Notes: generated from the sequence alone by a model not told the origin. Counted from the stretch's first letter, positions 29,800 to 40,971 are shown. The stretch: DNA of 64,000 nt from an uncultured Candidatus Rokubacteria bacterium (GCA_963708025.1 CAVPSB010000012.1:96001-160000), one strand, 5' to 3'. Made by a program: numbers and translations.

Positions 29800-30138
29800 G
29801 TGGGCCAGTATCAGAAGCACGTCTTCGTCTGCACGACCGGGGGCACCTGTCCCACCCAGGGAGACACCGAGGCCTTCGTGAAGGAGATGCGGGCGGCGAT
29901 CTCGAAGGCCGGCCTCCACACGGCGATCCGCGTCAACAAGTCCGGCTGCTTCTCCCAGTGCGGGAACGGCCCGATGGTCGTCGTCTACCCCGAGGACGTC
30001 TGGTACGCCGGGGTCAAGGCGGAGGACCTCGAGGAGATCGTCCAGTCGCATCTGCTCGGCGGCAAACCGGTCGAGCGGCTCCTCTACCGCCCGGGCAAGC
30101 CGGGTCCGAACGTCATCGTTTCCAAGGACAAGCACTGA
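29800..30138 (+). CDS. Thioredoxin-like [2Fe-2S] ferredoxin
   Basis: HVFVCT..C, SGCFSQCGNGPMVVVYPEDVWY, HLLGGKPVERL. Confidence 0.88.
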   Translation: MGQYQKHVFVCTTGGTCPTQGDTEAFVKEMRAAISKAGLHTAIRVNKSGCFSQCGNGPMVVVYPEDVWYAGVKAEDLEEIVQSHLLGGKPVERLLYRPGKPGPNVIVSKDKH

Positions 30139-30165
30139 TTTCGGGCCGGACCAGGCGTCTCGACC

Positions 30166-31875
30166 ATGCGGTGGAGTAAGTCCTTCATTCCGACCCTCCG
30201 CGAAGACCCGGCCGACGCCGAGGCGGCGAGCCACCGCCTCATGGTCCGGGCGGGGCTCGTCCGCCAGCTCACCGCGGGCGTCTATGTGTACCTGCCCCTC
30301 GGCCAGCGCGTCATCGACCGGGTCAACGCGGTCATCCGTGAAGAGATGAACGCGATCGGCGGCCAGGAGATCACCATGCCGGTGCTGCAGCCGGCCGAGC
30401 TCTGGCAGCAGTCCGGCCGCTGGTACGACATCAAGGACGAGATGTTCCGGCTGAAGGACCGGCACGGCCGCGACATGTGTCTCGGGATGACCCACGAAGA
30501 GGTGATCGCCTGGCTCGCCTCCAGGGACATCCGCTCCTACCGGGAGCTGCCGCAGGTCTGGTACCAGATCCAGACCAAGGAGCGGGACGAGGCGCGCCCG
30601 CGGTCGGGCGTGCTCCGGACGCGCGAGTTCTGGATGAAGGACGCCTACACGCTCGACGCGGACGAGGCCGGGCTGGCGGCCGCCTACGAGCGCCAGAAGG
30701 AGGCGTACGTCCGGATCTTCCGCCGATGCGGGCTCGTCTTCCACGTCGTCGAGTCCGACCCCGGCATGATGGGAGGCGCCGGCGCCCACGAGTTCATGGC
30801 CCCCAGCGCGGCCGGCGAGGACGAGATCGCCCTCTGTGCGGCGTGCGGCTACGCGGCCAACGTCGAGCTGGCCGGATCCCGGCCCATCGTCCCGGCGTCC
30901 CCGGACGGGCAGGGCGCGCGGGCCGAGGTCGCGACCCCCAACGTCCGAACGATCGCCGACGTGTGCGCGCTCCTGGGGGTCGAGCCGACCCGGACGATCA
31001 AGACGCTCGTCTTCGCCACCCCCACCGGCCCCGCGCTGGTCCTCGTCCGCGGAGACCAGCAGGTCCACGAGAAGAAGCTGGCGCGTCTCCTGGGTGGGGA
31101 GGTCCGGCCGGCGCACCCCGACGAGGTCCAGGACGCGCTGGGGGCCGCGGTCGGCTCGGTCGGCCCGGTGGGTGTCCGGCTGCGCATCCTGGCCGACGAG
31201 AGCCTGCGCGAGGGCGTGTACGTCTGCGGCGCGAACCGTGACGGGTATCACCTCACCGGCGTGCGACCCGGTCGCGACTTCACCGTGGTGCAGTACGCCG
31301 ACCTCCACCTGGCGCAAGCCGGCGAGGGGTGCCCCCACTGCGGCGCGCCCCTGCGGGTCGAGCGCGTGATCGAGATCGGGAACATCTTCAAGCTCGGCAC
31401 CAAGTACTCGGTTCCGCTCCGTGCGGTGTACCTGGACGAGTCCGGCCAGGAGCGGCCGATCGTCATGGGCTCGTACGGGATCGGACCGGCCCGCATCGCG
31501 GCCGCCGCCATCGAGCAACGCCACGACGCGAACGGCATCGTCTGGCCGTGGTCGATCGCGCCCTGTCAGGTGCACGTGCTCCCGGTGAACGTGAAAGACC
31601 AGACCGTCCGGACCACCGCCGAGCGGCTGTACGGGGAGCTGGCCGGCGCCGGATTCGACGTCCTGTTCGACGACCGCGACGAGCGCCCGGGGGTCAAGTT
31701 CAAGGACGCGGACCTCCTCGGGGTGCCCATCCGCGTGACGGTCGGCGCCCTGCTCGCGAAGGAGGGGCGCGTCGAGGTGCGGGCGCGCCGCGAGAAGCAG
31801 GATCAGAAGGTCGCGCCCGAAGAGGTCGTCGCCGCCGTCCGCGAGTTGGCCCGCCGGCTCGCCGAGGACTCCTAG
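30166..31875 (+). CDS. proS: Proline--tRNA ligase (with INS editing domain)
   Basis: SHRLMVRAG, GMTHEE, RDEARPRSG.LR.REFWMKDAY, MGSYGIG. Confidence 0.96.
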   Translation: MRWSKSFIPTLREDPADAEAASHRLMVRAGLVRQLTAGVYVYLPLGQRVIDRVNAVIREEMNAIGGQEITMPVLQPAELWQQSGRWYDIKDEMFRLKDRHGRDMCLGMTHEEVIAWLASRDIRSYRELPQVWYQIQTKERDEARPRSGVLRTREFWMKDAYTLDADEAGLAAAYERQKEAYVRIFRRCGLVFHVVESDPGMMGGAGAHEFMAPSAAGEDEIALCAACGYAANVELAGSRPIVPASPDGQGARAEVATPNVRTIADVCALLGVEPTRTIKTLVFATPTGPALVLVRGDQQVHEKKLARLLGGEVRPAHPDEVQDALGAAVGSVGPVGVRLRILADESLREGVYVCGANRDGYHLTGVRPGRDFTVVQYADLHLAQAGEGCPHCGAPLRVERVIEIGNIFKLGTKYSVPLRAVYLDESGQERPIVMGSYGIGPARIAAAAIEQRHDANGIVWPWSIAPCQVHVLPVNVKDQTVRTTAERLYGELAGAGFDVLFDDRDERPGVKFKDADLLGVPIRVTVGALLAKEGRVEVRARREKQDQKVAPEEVVAAVRELARRLAEDS

Positions 31876-31927
31876 CCCCGCCTGCCCGTCCGGTCGTTTC
31901 CGGGTTCCCCGGCCCGACCTCCCACGG

Positions 31928-31972
31928 TATACTATGCTGTTGGCGAAAGTGGGCCTTGCCCACTCTTTTTTG
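31928..31972 (+). promoter_or_regulatory. -10 box and rimP leader terminator-like hairpin
   Basis: TATACT (31928-31933); agtggg-ccttg-cccact followed by a U-run, matching the known rimP leader layout. Confidence 0.7.
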
Positions 31973-32004
31973 TTGAGGAACCGAATGATCGGTGGAGGTG
32001 CAGG

Positions 32005-32490
32005 GTGTCGGTCGGGAAGGTGACGCAGCCGCTCGCCGAGGCCGTCGAAGGCCTGGCAGCCCCGGTGCTCGAGGCCCACGGCCTGACGCTCGTGGACCTC
32101 GACTTGGCCGGGGCTGGCCGGCGGAGCCTGGTGCGCTTCTTCGTCGACCGGTCGGGCGGCGTCACGATCGACGAGTGCCAGCGCTTCAGCCGGGAGATCG
32201 GTGACCTGCTGGACGTCGCGGATCTCCTGCCCGGAAGCTTCGACCTGGAGGTGTCTTCACCCGGGCTGGATCGGGAGCTCAAGAAGGACCGGGAGCTCAC
32301 CTGGGCCGTGGGACGGCAGGTGCGGGCCTGGACCCGCGAGCCGGTAGATGGCCAGCGCGAGTTCGTCGGGCGACTGTTGGAGGTCGGAGAGGCCTTCCTG
32401 ACCCTGGCGGAGGCGGCGGGTCGGCGCCAAGTCCCCCGGGCGCTCCTCACGAAGGTGCGCCTGGAGGCGGAGCGGAAGCGCTCCGCCTGA
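32005..32490 (+). CDS. rimP: Ribosome maturation factor RimP
   Basis: GGVTIDEC..SR, LEVSSPGLDREL; upstream of nusA. Confidence 0.93.
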   Translation: MSVGKVTQPLAEAVEGLAAPVLEAHGLTLVDLDLAGAGRRSLVRFFVDRSGGVTIDECQRFSREIGDLLDVADLLPGSFDLEVSSPGLDRELKKDRELTWAVGRQVRAWTREPVDGQREFVGRLLEVGEAFLTLAEAAGRRQVPRALLTKVRLEAERKRSA

Positions 32491-32504
32491 GCCGGGAGGC
32501 CCAC

Positions 32505-33848
32505 ATGAACCGCGAATTGCTCTACGTGATCGAGCAGATCGGCCGGGAAAAGGGCATCGGGAGCGAGGTCCTCTTCGAGGCTCTCGAGTCGGCGCTTCTG
32601 TCCGCTTCCAAGCGGACGATGGGCGTGGGGGACAACGTTCGCCTGACCGTCAACCGAAAGACGGGCGCCATCCGGGTCTTCGCCGAGAAGACGGTGGTCG
32701 AGACCGTGGCAGATCCGAAGCTGGAGGCGGGCCTGGCCGACGCCCGGCGGATCAAGCCCGACGCGAAGCCCGGCGACACCGTCGAGGTGGACCTGGAACT
32801 GCGCGACCTGGGCCGGATCGCTGCCCAGACGGCCAAGCAGGTGATCCTCCAGCGGGTCCGGGAGGCGGAGCGTCAGGGCATCTTCTCGGAGTACAAGGAT
32901 CGCGAGGGCACGCTGGTGCGGGGCGCGGTGCACCGCATCGAGAAGCGCAACGTGATCGTCGATCTCGGGCGCACCGAAGCGGTCCTGACCGAGCGGGAGC
33001 AGATCCCGGGCGAGCGCTACTCGCCGGGCGATCGGATCCGGGCATTCATCCTGGAGGTGAAGAACACGCCGAAGGGCCCCCAGGTGATCCTGTCCCGGAG
33101 TCATCCCGGCTTCCTGATCCGGCTCTTCGAGACCGAGATCCCCGAGATCGCGGAGGGGATCGTCCAGGTCAAGGGGGCGGCCCGGGAGCCGGGGGAGCGG
33201 GCCAAGCTGGCGGTCGCCTCGACCAAGCGGGACGTCAACCCGATCGGCGCCTGCGTCGGTCTCCGCGGGACGCGCATCCAGGTGATCGTGCGTGAGCTGC
33301 GCGGCGAGAAGATCGACATCATCGAGTGGGCGGATGACGTGCCGACGCTGGTGGCGCGGGCTCTGTCGCCGGCCAAGGTGGCGTCGGTCACGATTCAGGG
33401 CGAGGGCGAGGAGCGGGCCGCGCTGGTCGTGGTCCCCGACACCCAGCTTTCCCTGGCCATCGGCAAGAAGGGCCAGAACGCCCGGCTGGCGGCCAAGCTC
33501 ACCGGGCTCCGCATCGACGTCAAGAGCGAGGGTGAGCTGGAAGAGGACCGGCGCCAGCGCGCCCAGGGGTTGGCCGCACTGGCCGAACTGGGCCCCGTGG
33601 ATGCCGAGCTGGCCAGCACCCTGGCCCGCCACGGCCTCGGTTCGCCGGCCAAGATCAAGGCGGCCGGCGCCGCCGCCCTGCGGGATGTCTGCACGATCGG
33701 GGAGGGGGAGGCGGTCGCCATCGTGACCGCCGCCGAGGAGTGGCTCGCCACCCGGCAGGCGGAGGCGAGCAACCCCGCCGTGCTGGTCGAGGAATCGGCG
33801 GAACCCGGGGCTGCGAGCGCGCCCCCGGCGGAGTCCGGGTCGCGGTGA
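32505..33848 (+). CDS. nusA: Transcription termination factor NusA
   Basis: [51 protein letters not shown]. Confidence 0.96.
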   Translation: MNRELLYVIEQIGREKGIGSEVLFEALESALLSASKRTMGVGDNVRLTVNRKTGAIRVFAEKTVVETVADPKLEAGLADARRIKPDAKPGDTVEVDLELRDLGRIAAQTAKQVILQRVREAERQGIFSEYKDREGTLVRGAVHRIEKRNVIVDLGRTEAVLTEREQIPGERYSPGDRIRAFILEVKNTPKGPQVILSRSHPGFLIRLFETEIPEIAEGIVQVKGAAREPGERAKLAVASTKRDVNPIGACVGLRGTRIQVIVRELRGEKIDIIEWADDVPTLVARALSPAKVASVTIQGEGEERAALVVVPDTQLSLAIGKKGQNARLAAKLTGLRIDVKSEGELEEDRRQRAQGLAALAELGPVDAELASTLARHGLGSPAKIKAAGAAALRDVCTIGEGEAVAIVTAAEEWLATRQAEASNPAVLVEESAEPGAASAPPAESGSR

Positions 33849-34252
33849 CGCCAGGGCGAGGCTCGCGATCCCGACCGGCGGCGACCGCCGCCGTCCCCGG
33901 GCCCCTGCGGACCTGTCTCGGATGCCGGCGAGCCCGGCCGCAGGCGGAGCTGGTGCGGCTGGTCCGGGCGCCGGGTGGGCTGGTCGAGCCGGACCCGCTC
34001 CGCCGGCGCGGTGGCCGCGGGGCGTATCTGTGTCGAAGCGAGAGCTGCCTGAAAGAAGCGGTGCGGCGGGGCCGATGGACGCAGGCGTTTCGGGCGCCGG
34101 CGACGCTCACGCCGGAGGTGTCCGAGGGCGTGCGGGCCCTGATCGAAGGCGAGATCGGGCGTGAGCTCGCGAGTCAGCGGTGTGACGACGGGATCCACGC
34201 GGTGGCCCGCGGCGGCGGCCGAGCGGGAGCATCTGTCGAAGGGGGATGGTGA
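33845..34252 (+). CDS. ylxR: YlxR/DUF448 family protein
   Basis: [21 protein letters not shown]...C; between nusA and infB. Confidence 0.85.
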   Translation: MTPGRGSRSRPAATAAVPGPLRTCLGCRRARPQAELVRLVRAPGGLVEPDPLRRRGGRGAYLCRSESCLKEAVRRGRWTQAFRAPATLTPEVSEGVRALIEGEIGRELASQRCDDGIHAVARGGGRAGASVEGGW

Positions 34253-34254
34253 GT

Positions 34255-36987
34255 ATGGCGGGAAAGACGCGCGTCGGTGAGCTGGCCAAGGAGATGGGCA
34301 TCGCGCCGAAGCTGATCATCGATCAGCTCGAGGCGATGGGCCATCGGGAGAAGACCTCGTCGAGCGCCCTCGATGACGCGCTCCTGGCCCAGCTCCGAGC
34401 CGCCCTCGAGGAGAAGGCGAGCGCCTTCGCGCAGCGAGAAACCGAGCGGCTGGAATCCGTCCGGACCGCTGTCCTCCGGGCGAAGGTCGAGGCGGCGAAG
34501 GCGGCCGCCGCGAAGGCGGCGCGCGCTAGCACGAAGAAGACGGACGGGACGAAGCCGAAGACCGGCAAGGCCCCCGTCCGGGGCAAGGTGATGGCCAAGA
34601 CCGCCGAGAAACCGCTCGTCGTGGCCAAGGCGCCGAAGGCGCCCGAGAAGGTGGCGACGCCGGCCCCGAGGACCGAGGAGCGGGTGGTCAAGCCGGCGGT
34701 CGCCGCCGAGAAGCCCGAGGTTCTGGTGCCGGCGGCCGCCGCCCCCGAGGTGCTCGTTGCGGCCGCCCCCTCGTCGCCCGCTCCGCCAGCGACGCCGGTC
34801 GAGGTTCCCGCCGCGCCGCCGGTCACGCCGCTGATCGCCACGCCGGCAGCCGCGGCGCCGACCGCTCGCCCGAAGGTGGCGCCGAAGCCGCCCGAGGTTC
34901 GAGAGGAGCCCGCCGCCAGAGCACCGGCGCCGCCCACCCCGCCGCCGGCCCGGGAGCCCGCGGCCCCGATCGCCAAGGAGCCCCCACGCCGCGAGGCGGC
35001 GGCGGCCAGCCCGGCGCCGCCGAAGGAGCCGGTCTCCACCGAGCCCGTGCGCGAGGCGCCCAGGCCGCCCGCCGACGGCAAGGTCGTTCCCTTCCGGCCG
35101 CCGCGCCGCGAAGAGGTGCCGGAGCCGGCGGCCGCCCGTCCGGCGGCCGCGGCCGCCGCGGTCACGCCGGACGTCGTCCCCGCCGCCCCGGCCGAGACGC
35201 CGCTCGTGCCCGCCGCGCCGCCCGAGGCGCCGCCGGCTCCTCCGAAGCGGGAGGTGCTCCGACTGCCCGAATCGATCACGGTGGGCGAGCTGGCCGAGCG
35301 TCTGCAAAAGAAGATCGGCGAGGTCATCCGGGAGCTGGTCGGCATGGGTGTGATGGCCTCCCTCAACCAGCTCCTCGACGCGGAGAAGGCCAAGGCGGTG
35401 GCCGCGCGCTTCGGCTACGACGTCGAGATCCGGCCGATCGAGGGCCCGGAGCCGATCGAGGAGGAGGTGGATCCGTCCCAGCTCCAGCTCCGGCCGCCGG
35501 TCGTCACCGTCATGGGACACGTCGACCACGGCAAGACCTCGCTGCTCGACGCGATCCGCAAGACCAAGGTCACCGAGCAGGAGTTCGGCGGCATCACGCA
35601 GCACATCGGGGCCTACCAGGTGGAGACCTCCCACGGCAAGGTGACCTTCCTCGACACGCCGGGCCACGAGGCGTTCACCGCGATGCGGGCCCGCGGGGCC
35701 CAGGCCACCGACATCGTCATCCTGGTGGTGGCGGCCGACGACGGCGTGAAGCCCCAGACAGTCGAGGCGATCAACCACGCCAAGGCTGCGAACGTGCCGA
35801 TCATCGTGGCGCTGAACAAGATCGACAAGGCGGAGGCGAACGCCGACCGGGTGAAGCAGGAGCTGTCCAACCTGGGGCTGGTGCCCGAGGAATGGGGCGG
35901 GCAGACGATCTTCGTGCCGACGTCCGCCAAGAAGGTGACGGGGATCGAGCAGCTGCTGGAGATGACCGCCCTCCAGGCCGAGGTCATGGAGCTGAAGGCC
36001 AACCCCAACCGGGCGGCCCGGGGCGTCGTCGTGGAGGCCAAGCTCGACCGGGGCCGGGGCCCGGTGGCGACGGTGCTCATCCACCAGGGCACGCTCCACG
36101 AGGGCGACATCCTGGTGGCCGGGCCGCACTCCGGCCGCGTGCGCGCCATGTTCAACGACCGGCGCCAGCGGGTGAAGCAGGCGGGTCCCGCCGACCCCGT
36201 CGAGATCCTCGGGCTGGGCGGGGTCCCGTCGGCCGGTGACACGCTGGTCGTCGTCGGCGACGAGCGGAAGGCCCGCCAGATCGCGCTGGTGCGCCAGGAG
36301 AAGGAGCGGAAGGTCACCGCCACCGTCCGCGTCACCCTGGCCGACCTCCACAAGCAGATCGAGGCGGGCGAGGTCAAGGAGCTGCGGGTGATCCTCAAGG
36401 GCGACGTCCACGGCTCGCTGGAGGCGCTCCAGGACGCCCTCGAGCGGCTCTCCACCGACGAGGTCAAGGTGCGGGTGATCCACGGCGCGGTCGGGACAAT
36501 GACCGAGACCGACGTGATGCTTGCCTCGGCCTCCAACGCGATCATCATCGGCTTCAACGTCAAGCCGGAGCCGAAGACGCTCCAGCAGGCCCAGGCCGAG
36601 CGGGTCGACATCAAGACCTACAACGTCATCTACGAGGCGATCAACGACGTCAAGGCCGCGCTGGAAGGCATGCTGGCCCCGATCATCCGCGAGGTGCCGC
36701 TCGGCCGCGCCCAGGTGCGCGCGCTCTTCCCCATCAAGAACCTCGGGAACATCGCCGGCTGCTTCGTCAGCGAGGGGAAGATCACCCGGACGGCGAAGGC
36801 GAGGGTGGTGCGCGGCAGTCAGACGGTCGGGGAGGGGCAGATCAGCTCGCTGCGGCGCTTCAAGGACGACGTGCGGGAAGTGCTCCAGGGTCAGGAGTGC
36901 GGCATCGGGGTTGACGGGGTGTCGGACATCCGGGTCGGGGACGTGATCGAGGCGTACACGACCGAAGAAGTCGCCCGCACGCTGTAG
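34255..36987 (+). CDS. infB: Translation initiation factor IF-2
   Basis: [32 protein letters not shown]; long Pro/Ala-rich N-terminal linker; alternative ATG 34246. Confidence 0.97.
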   Translation: MAGKTRVGELAKEMGIAPKLIIDQLEAMGHREKTSSSALDDALLAQLRAALEEKASAFAQRETERLESVRTAVLRAKVEAAKAAAAKAARASTKKTDGTKPKTGKAPVRGKVMAKTAEKPLVVAKAPKAPEKVATPAPRTEERVVKPAVAAEKPEVLVPAAAAPEVLVAAAPSSPAPPATPVEVPAAPPVTPLIATPAAAAPTARPKVAPKPPEVREEPAARAPAPPTPPPAREPAAPIAKEPPRREAAAASPAPPKEPVSTEPVREAPRPPADGKVVPFRPPRREEVPEPAAARPAAAAAAVTPDVVPAAPAETPLVPAAPPEAPPAPPKREVLRLPESITVGELAERLQKKIGEVIRELVGMGVMASLNQLLDAEKAKAVAARFGYDVEIRPIEGPEPIEEEVDPSQLQLRPPVVTVMGHVDHGKTSLLDAIRKTKVTEQEFGGITQHIGAYQVETSHGKVTFLDTPGHEAFTAMRARGAQATDIVILVVAADDGVKPQTVEAINHAKAANVPIIVALNKIDKAEANADRVKQELSNLGLVPEEWGGQTIFVPTSAKKVTGIEQLLEMTALQAEVMELKANPNRAARGVVVEAKLDRGRGPVATVLIHQGTLHEGDILVAGPHSGRVRAMFNDRRQRVKQAGPADPVEILGLGGVPSAGDTLVVVGDERKARQIALVRQEKERKVTATVRVTLADLHKQIEAGEVKELRVILKGDVHGSLEALQDALERLSTDEVKVRVIHGAVGTMTETDVMLASASNAIIIGFNVKPEPKTLQQAQAERVDIKTYNVIYEAINDVKAALEGMLAPIIREVPLGRAQVRALFPIKNLGNIAGCFVSEGKITRTAKARVVRGSQTVGEGQISSLRRFKDDVREVLQGQECGIGVDGVSDIRVGDVIEAYTTEEVARTL

Positions 36988-36989
36988 GG

Positions 36990-37157
36990 GGGGCGGGGCC
37001 GATGAGCTTCGCATCGCGTCGTCCTTCGGACGGCCTTCGGCCTTTGGGGTCGTCGCCCATCCTCGGCGTATGCGGCATACGCCTGCGGTCGGCGACTCCC
37101 TGCGTCCTTCGGACGGCCTTCGGCCTGTGGGCGCTGCTCGCTCCTCGGCCCCGCCCC
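36990..37157 (+). repeat. 168-bp palindromic element family A, full copy
   Basis: 18-bp imperfect TIR ggggcggggccga(t/g)gagc; two gtcc-ttc-ggac/ggcc-ttc-ggcc units; central hairpin arm. Confidence 0.92.
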
Positions 37158-37250
37158 AGGAACTTGGCCTGTGTGGTGCGTGGCGTGACCCCATGCGCGG
37201 CGCGACCGGCCCAGCGCGCCTTCGTGATTGGATTGGGATAGGGAGCCCTG

Positions 37251-37538
37251 ATGTCGGCGGCGGTCGCGCTGGGGCTGATAGAGCTGCACTTCGGCGAGGT
37301 GGACTCGCTGAAGGGCAAGCGCCACGTCCTCAAGGGCATGAAGGAGAAGGTCAAGCACCGCTTCAACGTGTCGGTGGCCGAGGTTGACCACGAGGACCTC
37401 TGGCAGCGAGCGACCCTGGCGGTGGCGTGCGTGGCGAACGACGCCCGCTTCGCCAACGAGGTCGTCTCGAAGGCGGTGAACTTCATCGAGTCGCTGTCGG
37501 ACGGGGCCGTGATCGACGTGCGAGTCGAGGTCCTGTGA
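37251..37538 (+). CDS. DUF503 (YlxP) family protein
   Basis: SLKGKR, RFNVSVAEV.HED.WQR; between infB and rbfA. Confidence 0.88.
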   Translation: MSAAVALGLIELHFGEVDSLKGKRHVLKGMKEKVKHRFNVSVAEVDHEDLWQRATLAVACVANDARFANEVVSKAVNFIESLSDGAVIDVRVEVL

Positions 37539-37563
37539 AGCGCCGGCTGGAAGCCGGGCCATC

Positions 37564-37944
37564 ATGCAAGGCAAGCGTCTCGATCGGGTCAATCAGCTCG
37601 TGCGCGAGGAGATCGCCTATCTCTTGCAGCGAGAGCTCAAGGACCCGCGGCTGGGGTTCGTCACCGTGACCGAGGTGGACGTCTCGAAGGACCTCCGCAC
37701 CGCCAAGGTGTACGTGAGCGTGCTCGGGACCGAGGCCGAGTGGCGCGGGTCGCTGGACGCTCTCCGCAGCGCGCGGGGCTTCATCCGCAGCTGGCTCGGT
37801 CCCCGGCTCCGGCTGCGGGCCGTTCCCGACCTGACCTTCCACCCGGACCGCTCGATGGCCCACGCCGCCCACATCCAGAGCGTGCTCGAGCGGTTGCGGG
37901 AAGAGAGGCCCGAGCCCCCGGCCGAACCGGGAGCGGACCCGTGA
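37564..37944 (+). CDS. rbfA: Ribosome-binding factor A
   Basis: KDPRLGFVTVTEV..S.DL..AKVYVS, LR.VP.L.F..D. Confidence 0.95.
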   Translation: MQGKRLDRVNQLVREEIAYLLQRELKDPRLGFVTVTEVDVSKDLRTAKVYVSVLGTEAEWRGSLDALRSARGFIRSWLGPRLRLRAVPDLTFHPDRSMAHAAHIQSVLERLREERPEPPAEPGADP

Positions 37945-38918
37945 CGCCGGTCGGCGCGGTTCCCGCCGACGTCGTTGACCTGCTGCGGGGTGGCCGGCGG
38001 TTCGTCCTGCTGGCGCATCTCTACCCGGACGGCGACGTCCTCGGCTCGCAGCTCGGCCTCGGATTGGCCCTGCGCGAGGTCGGCCGATCGGCGACCTTCG
38101 CCTGCCGGCACCCGGTGCCGGACCCCTACCAGTTCCTGCCCGGCGCCGACCAGGTGCAGCAGTGGAAGGAGGGACGGGGGGAGTACGACGTGGTCGTGAC
38201 GCTGGACTGCCCGGATCCCGGTCGGGTCGGCGGGCTCCTCGACGGCTTGCGCCAGCCGGGCGCCCGCGTGCTCAACATCGACCACCACGGCGACAACCGG
38301 CGTTACGGGGACGTCAACTGGATCCAGCCTGGCGCCGCCGCCACCGGCGAGATGGTCTACGCGCTGCTGGAGCCGGCGGGGCTTCCGCTGACCGCGGCGG
38401 TGGCGATCAACCTGTACACGGCCGTCGTCACCGACACCGGGTCGTTCCGGTACTCGAACACGACCCCGGAGACCTTCCGGATCGCCGCCCGCCTGGTGGA
38501 GGCCGGGGCCGACCCGGCCGCGGTCGCCATCTCGCTCTACGAGACGCGGCACCTGGCGGGCCTTCACCTGCTCGGTCGCATCCTCCAGCAGGTCGAGACC
38601 AACCCCGAGGGCACCATGGCCTGGGTGGTCATCGACCGGAGTCAGGCGGCGTCCCCCGACCTCCTGGAAGCCGAGGACTTCATCACCTACCCGCGGTCCC
38701 TCCGGACGGCGAAGGTCGCCGTCCTCTTCCGCGAGCTGGCCGGCGAGGTCAAGGTCAGCATGCGCGCGAAGGGCGAGGTGAACGTGGCCCGGATCGCGGC
38801 GCGGTTCGGTGGGGGCGGCCACCCGAATGCGGCCGGCGTCGTGCTGTCGGGGAGCCTGGCCGACGCCCGGGCGGCCGTGCTCACCGCGGTTCGAGAGGCG
38901 ATCGCCGAGATCCGATGA
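37941..38918 (+). CDS. nrnA: DHH/DHHA1 phosphoesterase (NrnA-like)
   Basis: H..PDGD..GS, NIDHH, TDTGSF, KVS.R, GGGGH.NAAG. Confidence 0.88.
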   Translation: MTPVGAVPADVVDLLRGGRRFVLLAHLYPDGDVLGSQLGLGLALREVGRSATFACRHPVPDPYQFLPGADQVQQWKEGRGEYDVVVTLDCPDPGRVGGLLDGLRQPGARVLNIDHHGDNRRYGDVNWIQPGAAATGEMVYALLEPAGLPLTAAVAINLYTAVVTDTGSFRYSNTTPETFRIAARLVEAGADPAAVAISLYETRHLAGLHLLGRILQQVETNPEGTMAWVVIDRSQAASPDLLEAEDFITYPRSLRTAKVAVLFRELAGEVKVSMRAKGEVNVARIAARFGGGGHPNAAGVVLSGSLADARAAVLTAVREAIAEIR

Positions 38919-39892
38919 CGGGGGTGCGCCAGGGCCCCACCGTGCACCCGTCGCCCGATCGCTCTCCCCAGGGCTCCCCCCTCGACGGGCTCCTGATCGC
39001 CGAAAAGGGCCCCGGTGTCACCTCGTTCCAGGTCGTCGCCCACCTGCGCCGTCTCCTGAAGGTCCCGAAGGTCGGCCACGGCGGGACGCTGGACCCGATG
39101 GCCACCGGTCTCCTGCCCATCCTGCTCGGCGAGGCGACCAAGCTGACGCCGTACCTCCAGGCTCAGGACAAGGAGTACGCGGGAACCATTCGCCTGGGCG
39201 TGACCACCGATACGCTGGACGCCACGGGGCGCGTGACGGGCGAGCAGCCGGTGCCGTCGCTGGACGAGCCGACGATCCGCGTGACGCTGGCGCGCTTCCT
39301 GGGCGAGATCGACCAGGTGCCGCCCATGTACTCGGCCCTCCACGCCGGGGGGAAGCGCCTCTACGAGCTGGCCCGAGCCGGCGTCGAGGTGGAGCGGGCG
39401 CCGCGGCGAGTGCGCATCGACGCGATCGAGCTCCTGGGGTGGGCGTCGCCGCTTCTCCGCCTCCGGGTCGCCTGCGGGTCCGGAACCTACATCCGCAGTC
39501 TCGCCGCCGATCTCGGGACCGCGTTCGGCTGCGGGGCGTCCCTTGACGCCCTCGAGCGCACGCGGCTCGGGGCGCTCCGGCTCGCGGAGGCCGTGCCCTG
39601 GTCCGTCATCCGGGACGGCGACGCCGCGACGATCCGCCCGCGAATCCTTCCAGTCGATCGGGCGGTCTCCCACCTGGCGGCGGTCCGACTGGACCCGGTC
39701 GCCGCCGCCCGCCTCCGGCACGGCCAGCGCCTGACGGCCGCCGAGGTCGGGACGACCGCGGCCCCGCCGGGGCCCTGCCGCCTGTACGCCGGGGAGAGCT
39801 TCCTGGGGATCGGCGAGGCCGATGCGGGCGGCCTCCGGGCGCTCCGCCTCCTGCATGCGGATCATTCGCGGGCTCGATCGCTATCCGGCTGA
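38915..39892 (+). CDS. truB: tRNA pseudouridine(55) synthase
   Basis: VGHGGTLDPMATG, QVPPMYSA...GKRLYELAR, CGSGTYIRSL. Confidence 0.95.
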   Translation: MTGVRQGPTVHPSPDRSPQGSPLDGLLIAEKGPGVTSFQVVAHLRRLLKVPKVGHGGTLDPMATGLLPILLGEATKLTPYLQAQDKEYAGTIRLGVTTDTLDATGRVTGEQPVPSLDEPTIRVTLARFLGEIDQVPPMYSALHAGGKRLYELARAGVEVERAPRRVRIDAIELLGWASPLLRLRVACGSGTYIRSLAADLGTAFGCGASLDALERTRLGALRLAEAVPWSVIRDGDAATIRPRILPVDRAVSHLAAVRLDPVAAARLRHGQRLTAAEVGTTAAPPGPCRLYAGESFLGIGEADAGGLRALRLLHADHSRARSLSG

Positions 39893-40807
39893 CGCGCCAC
39901 CGAGCGTGGTGGCGCAGGGCACCTTCGACGGTATCCACCTGGGGCACCAGGCCGTCATCGGTCTGGCGGTGGAGCGGGCCCGCGCCCGCCGACTCCAGGC
40001 GGTGGCCCTCACCTTCGACCCCCTCCCCATCGCCGTCCTGCGCCCGGCCGAGGCCCCACCCCCGATCCTGCCGCTCGACGAGCGCCTGGAGCGGGTCGCG
40101 GCCCTCGGTCCCGACCTGGCACTCGTGATTCCGTTCACCCTCGACTTCTCGCGGATCGAGGCCCCGGCGTTCGTCGGGGACATCCTGACCGGGCTCGTCA
40201 AGGCCCAGGAGGTGGTCGTCGGCTTCAACCACACCTTCGGCCGGGGGGCGAAGGGGACGCCCGAGCTCCTGACAACGCTCGCCGAGCCGCTCGGGATCCG
40301 GGTCCACGTGGTGCCACCGCTCACCGTCGGGGGCGTCGTGGTCTCATCGAGCTCCCTCCGGGAGGCGCTCCGCGGGGGCGACGTGGAGCGCGTGACCGGC
40401 CTGCTCGGCCGAGCCTACACGTTCCGCGGGCGCGTGACCCGGGGGGCGATGCGCGGTCGGACGCTCGGCTTTCCGACGGCCAACCTGCTCCCCGAGAGTC
40501 CTCTGCCGCTGGCTACCGGCGTCTACGCCGCCCGCGCCGAGTGGGACGGGGCGTCGGCGCGAGCGGTCGTCAACATCGGCGTCCGCCCGACCTTCGGCGA
40601 GTCCACCCCCACGATCGAGGCGCACCTCCTGGACGTGAGCGTGGACCTCTACGATCGCTTGCTCACGCTCGCCTTCCTGGCCCGCATCCGGGGCGAGGTG
40701 CGCTTCCCCTCGGTCGAGGCGCTGAAGGCGCGATCGCGGAGGACGTAGTCGTCGCCCGTCGCCTCCTGGCCGGGACCCCGGTCGACCAGACACCGGGCGG
40801 TTCCTAG
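39855..40807 (+). CDS. ribF: Riboflavin kinase/FAD synthetase (probable 1-nt deletion near 40730)
   Basis: GTFDGIHLGH, GRTLGFPTAN, GVYA, NIGVRPTF, EAHLLD; terminal I.ED...AR helix lies in another frame ending TAG 40807. Confidence 0.92.
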
Positions 40808-40850
40808 GTCCCTTGGAGCGCCAAAGTCATGGCCGAGGAGTCAAGTTCTG

Positions 40851-40932
40851 GGGGCGGGGCCGAGGATCGAGCAGCGCCCACAGGCCGAAGGCCGTCCGAA
40901 GGACGACGCGATGCGACGCTCATCGGCCCCGC
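40851..40932 (-). repeat. Family A short copy (central arm deleted)
   Basis: Both TIRs with a single ggccGAAggcc-gtccGAAggac unit; shared tail at about 40819-40850. Confidence 0.88.
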
Positions 40933-40971
40933 GGCGCCGCGAGCGAAGCAAATCGGGCCCGCCCGCCCCGG

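Noticed and set aside
28033-32079. Very long minus-strand ORFs (1348 aa here, also 34174-37194, 61079-64000 and others)
   Set aside because: Antisense shadows of high-GC genes; no recognisable motifs and fully overlapped by confident + strand genes.
34500-35250. Pro/Ala-rich repetitive region in infB
   Set aside because: Variable low-complexity IF-2 N-terminal linkers are normal.
36999-37157. Hammerhead ribozyme or tRNA in family A
   Set aside because: ccgatgag differs from the CUGAUGA core and no GAAA partner is present; no T-loop, D-loop or CCA pattern of a tRNA.
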